From Candidatus Altiarchaeota archaeon (GTDB lineage: Archaea; Altiarchaeota; Altiarchaeia; IMC4; QMZM01): a stretch of DNA of 18,855 nucleotides. This document shows positions 13,760-18,855 of this stretch, one piece after another (the stretch's first letter is position 1; every line of letters starts with the position of its first letter). Location: assembly GCA_016931955.1 (NCBI GenBank), contig JAFGDV010000003.1, forward strand, positions 1 to 18,855, given 5' to 3'. The notes beneath the pieces were generated by a model that worked only from the letters and a program-made list of their open reading frames with translations, had not been told where the DNA came from and searched no databases. A program made the translations under genes and the position numbers.

Positions 13760-14914
13760 CTAAATCTCCCTTAAGCCGATATCCATCCGCTCCTCTCTTC
13801 TGCCTGCTTCAACCCTCTCCTCTAGCTCCTCCTCAAAGGCGGGTGTCTTCACCCCGGAGAGGATGAGTAATGTCTTAATAACATTCCTGTCGAGGGTTTC
13901 ATCTATCTGCGCACCCCAGATAATCTGTGCCTCTGGGTCTATGCTCTCTGAGACAATCCTTACAATCTCTTCCGCCTCTTTTAGTGTCATGTCCCTGCTT
14001 CCTATGATGTTTATAAGTGCCCCAGTAGCACTGCTCACATCGGTGTCTAGTAGAGGTGAACTTAGGGCTTTTTCGACGGATTCCTGGGCTCGTTCGTCCA
14101 TGCTAGTATCCCTCGTAGATGATCCGAGGCCTATCATGGCAGTGCCGCCTTCCTTCATTATGGCTCTTACGTCAGCAAAGTCTAGGTTGACAAGACCAGG
14201 CTTCGTGACCAGCTCCGTTATACCCTTCACTGCGTTCGACAATAGCTCATCAGCCACCTTAAACGCATCATTTAATGGCAGATTCGGCGCAACGTCCAGT
14301 AACCTGTCGTTTGGTATCACTATGACGGTGTCGGCGAACTTCCTGAGCTTCTTTAGACCGGTGAGGGCATTTTTTGCCCTCAACCTACCCTCCATCTTAA
14401 AGGGGAGTGTTACTATGCCCAGTGTTAAAGCATTTATGTCTTTCGCAACTTCTGCTATAACTGGAGCTGAACCAGTCCCGGTTCCTCCACCCAGACCGCA
14501 TGTTATGAAGACCATGTCTGCGTCAGTCAAGACTTCCGCGAGCTTTTTTATGTCGGCGTCTGCACACTGTTCCCCTATTTCGGGATCGTTCCCTGCGCCG
14601 ATTCCCCCCGTTATAGCAGCTCCTATCAGCACCTTCGTCATGGCTTTCGTGTATAACAGGTCGAGGGCGTCAGTATTTACTGCTATGACGTCGCCGCCTT
14701 CGATGCCCATATCTACCAGCCTGTTGATCGTGTTCCCACCTGCGCCGCCTGCTCCAACAATCTTTATCGAGGTCTTTATCTCATCTACAATACGCCTTAA
14801 TTCTTCGTCAGTGTCGGTACCTAAAGAGACTTTTATCTCAGTTGGCCTCTTTTCTATTTTAATCTTCTCCCTTATTTTTGCTTGTGTGATTGCGTCTTGA
14901 ACAATAGCCTCCAT
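13760..14914 (-). CDS. ftsZ: Cell division protein FtsZ (FtsZ1-type context)
   Basis: GAGGAGGN, AVNTD, tubulin signature GLGGGTGTG, T7 loop NLDFADV, IIWGA; ATG 14914 preceded by GGTGG SD; ftsZ-secE-spt5 synteny. Confidence 0.98.
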   Translation of the reverse strand: MEAIVQDAITQAKIREKIKIEKRPTEIKVSLGTDTDEELRRIVDEIKTSIKIVGAGGAGGNTINRLVDMGIEGGDVIAVNTDALDLLYTKAMTKVLIGAAITGGIGAGNDPEIGEQCADADIKKLAEVLTDADMVFITCGLGGGTGTGSAPVIAEVAKDINALTLGIVTLPFKMEGRLRAKNALTGLKKLRKFADTVIVIPNDRLLDVAPNLPLNDAFKVADELLSNAVKGITELVTKPGLVNLDFADVRAIMKEGGTAMIGLGSSTRDTSMDERAQESVEKALSSPLLDTDVSSATGALINIIGSRDMTLKEAEEIVRIVSESIDPEAQIIWGAQIDETLDRNVIKTLLILSGVKTPAFEEELEERVEAGRREERMDIGLREI

Positions 14915-15029
14915 CCAAACCACCTTTTATGCGATGCTACTCCATCAGATATAAATAAATAATAAATTATATTGGAAGTCATACTATAAAAAGACAGTAA
15001 GGTAAATGAAATCTATAATAAAACCCGAC

Positions 15030-15944
15030 TCAAAAGCACTTCTCAGCACACTGAGTCAATCTATGAAGGTTCTCCTTAACCCTCTCCTCGATATACTTTA
15101 TTGCTTTATCGTTTCTCTCAGGCTTGAACAGGTGCCTGAATCTTCCTTGGGCCTTCAAGTAGTCTTCAACGGGTTTCAGCCTTGAAGCATCCTTCGGCAT
15201 GTTGATGCTATGCCTGCCGTCTACTATCTCATATAATGGAAAAACCCCGGTTTCCACTGCAAGCTTCGCTATCTCTACGCTCTTCTCAGTAGGCGTCCTC
15301 CATCCTGTAGGGCATGTGGCTAGTATGTTGACGAATGTCGGTCCTTTTGTTTCGATGGCCTTCTTTATCTTCTTATAGGCATCGGTCGGGTAGCCTATGG
15401 AGGCGGTCGCAACATAGGGTGATCCATGGTACGCCAGAACGTGCACCAAGTCTTTCTTCCAAACCTCCTTCCCAATGCTCTTCTTGCCTGCAGGTGATGT
15501 GGTGGTTGCTGCACCATAGGGCGTGGAACCGCTCCGTTGTATTCCAGTATTCATGTAAGCCTCGTTGTCGTAGCATATGTAAGCGAAATTATGGCCGCGT
15601 TCGAAGGCCCCGGAGAGGTGCCCGAAACCTATGTCATAGGTTGAGCCATCCCCCCCGAACGCGACAACGTTTACGTCCTCCCTGCCTTTAACCTTCAGTG
15701 CAGCGCATATACCTGATGCAATCGATGCAGGATTCTCGAAGGCTCCATGGACCCATGGAAGCTTCCATGCGGTCTCAGGGTAGGGTGTGGATATGACCTC
15801 CATGCAACCGGTCGGCTCCACTAGGATGCTGTTTCTCCCGGCAGCCTTCGTAATCAATCTTAAGGCTATGGCTGCCCCGCATCCCGCGCATGCCCGATGC
15901 CCGTATGAGAAGTATTCCTCCTCAGGTAAGCCCAATATAGCCAT
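15030..15944 (-). CDS. porB: Pyruvate:ferredoxin oxidoreductase beta subunit
   Basis: [18 protein letters not shown] motif GGDG...[19 protein letters not shown]. Confidence 0.93.
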   Translation of the reverse strand: MAILGLPEEEYFSYGHRACAGCGAAIALRLITKAAGRNSILVEPTGCMEVISTPYPETAWKLPWVHGAFENPASIASGICAALKVKGREDVNVVAFGGDGSTYDIGFGHLSGAFERGHNFAYICYDNEAYMNTGIQRSGSTPYGAATTTSPAGKKSIGKEVWKKDLVHVLAYHGSPYVATASIGYPTDAYKKIKKAIETKGPTFVNILATCPTGWRTPTEKSVEIAKLAVETGVFPLYEIVDGRHSINMPKDASRLKPVEDYLKAQGRFRHLFKPERNDKAIKYIEERVKENLHRLTQCAEKCF

Positions 15945-15950
15945 TCTAAA

Positions 15951-17126
15951 CTAAAACACCCACTCCTGTTTCTCTCCCTTATCCCCCTTGGTCATGCTAT
16001 AGATCTTCCTTATTCGATCGAATGTGACATCCCGACCCCCCAATCCTATGATGAAGTTCCTAAGTCCGGGTTTTTCTTTTTCGTCATAAAATATCGAAGA
16101 GATTTCGCAGTACATTGGTCCGTCCCCTCCCGGGGACACGGCCTTCTCCAAGACAGCGACCTTCTTTATTCCTTTTAAGGCCTTCTTTATCGTCTCCCTT
16201 GGGAATGGCCTGTATGTTATCAGCTTTAACAGCCCCACCTTCTCACCTTTCTCCCTTAGTTTATCTACTACGACCTTTATCGTCCCGCAGACGGAGCCCA
16301 TCGCAATTAACACAATGTCAGCACCCTCCATCCTGTATTCTTCCACGTGAAGGTATTCCTCAGGCCTCGAATCCTTGATCTGCACAGGGAAGGATTCATT
16401 GAATTCCTTGTAGACCTGCTCTATCACCTTAATGGAGTTCTCTATCGCGTCGACCTGCGATTTCCGGAGCTCCATGTACTCTGATGGGAAGCCTATAGGC
16501 CCAAGAGTGAGGGGCTGCTCTGGGTCCAGGATCGCATGATATGGAACATAGTCTGGGAGAAACTCATCCACCTTCTTCTGTGATGGTATGTCGACCGGCT
16601 CATAGACATGCGACAACGTGAACCCATCCAAGCACACCATCGAGGGCGTCAACACCCTATGGTCTTCGGAGATCTTGAACTGCATCAGAGTTAGGTCGTA
16701 ACATTCCTGTGATGTCTCAGCGTACATCTGAATCCATCCAACATCTCTTGCGGATATGCTATCCTGTTGGTCGTTCCAGATGTTTATCGGAGCCGACAAC
16801 GCCCTGTTAACTACCGTCATACACACTGGAAGCCTCATCCCAGAGACTATGAAGAGGACCTCGTTCATTAACGCCAATCCCTGAGAGCATGTTGCAGTAT
16901 AGGATCTCACACCAGTAGCCGAGGCTCCGAGGCAGGCCGATATGGCGCCGAACTCCGACTCCACGCGAATGTATTCTGCCTCAGTCTCGCCGTCTGCCAC
17001 GAATTCAGATAGTTTCTCTACTATGTGAGTCTGAGGCGTTATCGGGTAGGCCGCGATCACTGCTGGCTTCGCCATCTTAACGGCTTCTGCAATGGCGTGA
17101 GACGCCTCCATAATCTTTTTCGTCAT
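15951..17126 (-). CDS. porA: Pyruvate:ferredoxin oxidoreductase alpha subunit
   Basis: AAYPITPQT, VESE, TATCSQGL, NRALSAPINIWND, DGFTLSH, GLGGRD. Confidence 0.93.
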   Translation of the reverse strand: MTKKIMEASHAIAEAVKMAKPAVIAAYPITPQTHIVEKLSEFVADGETEAEYIRVESEFGAISACLGASATGVRSYTATCSQGLALMNEVLFIVSGMRLPVCMTVVNRALSAPINIWNDQQDSISARDVGWIQMYAETSQECYDLTLMQFKISEDHRVLTPSMVCLDGFTLSHVYEPVDIPSQKKVDEFLPDYVPYHAILDPEQPLTLGPIGFPSEYMELRKSQVDAIENSIKVIEQVYKEFNESFPVQIKDSRPEEYLHVEEYRMEGADIVLIAMGSVCGTIKVVVDKLREKGEKVGLLKLITYRPFPRETIKKALKGIKKVAVLEKAVSPGGDGPMYCEISSIFYDEKEKPGLRNFIIGLGGRDVTFDRIRKIYSMTKGDKGEKQEWVF

Positions 17127-17133
17127 CTTGTAT

Positions 17134-17436
17134 CTACTTTTCCTCTATGATCATGGTTATAGACTTCTTGGGGCATTCGTTGGCGCAGATCCCGCACCCC
17201 TTACAGTAGTCTAGGTTTATCTCGAATTTCCCGTCCGGTCTCTTCTTTATCGCCCCCTCAGGGCAGAGGCTCCAGCATATCCCGCAGCCTACACATTTCT
17301 CATAGTCTATGACGGGCCTCTTTGATCTCCAAGCGCCTGTCTTGGTTTTTTCCGTGGAGCCCTTGCTTTCAAGGACTGCGCCGATGGTTACCTCCTTGTC
17401 ATTGACCTTCAGCTTTATTTTTTCGAAGTCTATCAT
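17134..17436 (-). CDS. porD: Pyruvate:ferredoxin oxidoreductase delta subunit (2x[4Fe-4S])
   Basis: KTGAWRSKRP, CVGCGICWSLCP and YCKGCGICANECP. Confidence 0.93.
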   Translation of the reverse strand: MIDFEKIKLKVNDKEVTIGAVLESKGSTEKTKTGAWRSKRPVIDYEKCVGCGICWSLCPEGAIKKRPDGKFEINLDYCKGCGICANECPKKSITMIIEEK

Positions 17437-17978
17437 CTTTCCCCTTCAATGAGCTTATCGTATGTTCTCTCCACTAGCTCCACGTTTTTTTCAGCAAGGT
17501 TTTGGGGGAAGTTCTCCCGGACGGCCTCACACAGTGATTCCTTTCGAACCTCCCCGGTGAAGGCAGCGAACGCCCCAAGTATGGAAGTATTAACTATGTC
17601 CAAACCCAGGATCTCAAACGCGAGAGAGGTCGCGTCAACCGTTGAAACCTCAGCACCCCCTATGTTGAATTCTTCCGGCTTTTTTTCGGTGTTGATGATA
17701 ACCTGTCCACCCTTAGCAAGCCCGTCCGTCACGTTGACTAAGTCAAAGAGCGTGGAATCTAATACGACTAATATGTCCGGCTCATAGACGGCGTTCTTTC
17801 TCCTGATGAATCTGTCGGAAATCCTGGTGAAGGCCTCAACGGGCGCACCCCTCCTCTCTACGCCGAATTTCGGGAACGCCTGCGAGAACCGGCCGTCCTT
17901 GAATGCGGCTATTGCAAGTAGTGTGGCGGCGGTTACCGCACCCTGCCCCCCTCGTCCATGAAACCTTATCTCCTTCAT
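17433..17978 (-). CDS. porG: Pyruvate:ferredoxin oxidoreductase gamma subunit
   Basis: EIRFHGRGGQGAVTAA, FPKFGVERRGAPV, NTSILGA. Confidence 0.93.
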   Translation of the reverse strand: MKEIRFHGRGGQGAVTAATLLAIAAFKDGRFSQAFPKFGVERRGAPVEAFTRISDRFIRRKNAVYEPDILVVLDSTLFDLVNVTDGLAKGGQVIINTEKKPEEFNIGGAEVSTVDATSLAFEILGLDIVNTSILGAFAAFTGEVRKESLCEAVRENFPQNLAEKNVELVERTYDKLIEGER

Positions 17979-18081
17979 CGTGTGTTATTGTTTTGGATTG
18001 AGTGCAAAAATATTGTCATTATTTTTCATTATAAATGATATATTATTAATTAAAACTCATTATATAAACCACGCGATAAAA
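17979..18081. promoter_or_regulatory. AT-rich divergent promoter region (por operon / rpl35ae)
   Basis: 103-nt very AT-rich gap with several TATA-like words (TTATAAAT, TTAATTAAA, TTATATAAA); exact boxes not assignable. Confidence 0.5.
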
Positions 18082-18342
18082 ATGAAGGGAAAGGTTGTGA
18101 ACTATAGAGGCGGTCAGAGGACGCAGAAAGCGAACCAGATGATTATAGCGCCAGAGAAATCCTCAAACAAGGAAGACGCTGGGAAACTCTTAGGCAAAAA
18201 GATTGAGTGGACGACACCCAGCGGGAAAAAGATCACCGGAGAGGTGACGAGGGTCCACGGCAGAAAAGGCTACGTTGTCGCAAGATTCGAGAAAGGCCTA
18301 CCCGGGCAGGCAATCAGCACCGAAGTCGACATAGAAACCTGA
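18082..18342 (+). CDS. rpl35ae: 50S ribosomal protein eL33 (L35Ae)
   Basis: 86 aa from ATG 18082: KGKVVNYRGG...LLGKKIEW...GEVTRVHGRKGYVVARFEKGLPGQAI. Confidence 0.93.
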   Translation: MKGKVVNYRGGQRTQKANQMIIAPEKSSNKEDAGKLLGKKIEWTTPSGKKITGEVTRVHGRKGYVVARFEKGLPGQAISTEVDIET

Positions 18343-18360
18343 TCCGGTCATTTTTAACCC

Positions 18361-18374
18361 ATGCCGCCGTAGCT
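18361..18374 (+). repeat. Direct-repeat copy of the tRNA-Phe 5' end
   Basis: ATGCCGCCGTAGCT identical to 18449-18462. Confidence 0.8.
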
Positions 18375-18450
18375 AAACTGCCGCCGGCAGTTTACACCAG
18401 CGTGTGGCATGTGCTGTCGCTTAGCCACACTTAAATCACAATCAACATAT

Positions 18451-18524
18451 GCCGCCGTAGCTCAGCTTGGGAGAGCACTCGGCTGAAGACCGAGGTGTCG
18501 AGGGTTCAAATCCCTCTGGCGGCA
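18451..18524 (+). tRNA. tRNA-Phe (GAA), intronless, CCA not encoded
   Basis: Cloverleaf: GCCGCCG/TGGCGGC acceptor, GCTC/GAGC D-stem, CTCGG-CTGAAGA-CCGAG anticodon arm, GAGGG-TTCAAAT-CCCTC T-arm, discriminator A. Confidence 0.98.
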
Positions 18525-18753
18525 TAGCCCTTTTCTTTAGCCAAAGAAAAGTGCTATCATCCCAAAAGAAACTTCTTTTCCGTGCACGCTTTTCTTTAGA
18601 AAAGGGTGCTTGCATAATCCCTCTGGCGGCATAGCCCTTTCTTTTTAGAAAAAAGAAAGTTCTATCAGCAAGATCTATGGGTCTTGTCTGAGTCGAGACC
18701 GGAGGTCTCGCTCATCATCCCAAAGAAAAAAGGAATTCGTTTCGCGAATTCTT
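18524..18753. repeat. Array of back-to-back short palindromes (REP-like)
   Basis: Hairpins at 18524-18557, 18564-18579, 18584-18609, 18631-18665, 18669-18686, 18689-18714, 18731-18753; three share a CTTTTCT/AGAAAAG-type core. Confidence 0.65.
18616..18640 (+). repeat. Direct-repeat copy of the tRNA-Phe 3' end (att-like)
   Basis: AATCCCTCTGGCGGCATAGCCCTTT identical to 18509-18533 (25 nt). Confidence 0.88.
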
Positions 18754-18855
18754 ATGGATTGATGTGCAGAATATAAGATTCTAACATGTGTTGGATGATA
18801 TTCTGCCGCATAGGTTCTATGGGTGGGTTATTACAAAGTCGGCAGAATACAGCAA

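Noticed and set aside
13863-14900. 345-aa ORF on + strand
   Set aside because: Antisense shadow of ftsZ; Ser/Pro-rich, no motifs.
17980-18081. N-terminal 34-aa extension of rpl35ae in the ORF track
   Set aside because: AT-rich promoter sequence; L35Ae homology begins at ATG 18082.
18361-18753. CRISPR array or split/permuted tRNA
   Set aside because: No regularly spaced identical repeats; the tRNA is complete and the extra fragments lack an anticodon arm and BHB motifs.
18752-18855. Open frame at right edge (minus strand ...NIIQHMLESYILHINP-stop)
   Set aside because: Only ~33 codons, no motif; cannot be supported without more sequence.

Overview
Archaeal chromosomal DNA (archaeal-type uL10/P0, Spt5, SecE, eL33/L35Ae, TATA promoters; a DPANN-type lineage such as Altiarchaeota/Aenigmarchaeota is my unverified impression). 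Right part (10.9-18.5 kb) is housekeeping: ftsZ-secE-spt5-rpl11-rpl1-rpl10(P0) without the usual downstream rpl12, the four-subunit pyruvate:ferredoxin oxidoreductase operon (porG/C-D-A-B), rpl35ae and tRNA-Phe(GAA), the tRNA being bracketed by copies of its own 5' and 3' ends and a dense run of hairpins. Left part (1-10.9 kb) is an uncharacterised cell-surface locus: two paralogous secreted, pilin-like proteins (one missing from the ORF track, truncated at the window edge) flanking a wHTH gene, and a divergent operon with a membrane-anchored WxL-interacting/chaperone-like two-Ig-domain protein, two more anchored Ig proteins, a single-domain KaiC-like ATPase, a MinD ATPase and two tandem ~820-aa multi-Ig surface proteins. 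Best hypothesis (inference, needs structure prediction/HMM searches): a non-type-IV, donor-strand-exchange archaeal pilus/fibre system with its own assembly chaperone and positioning ATPases.
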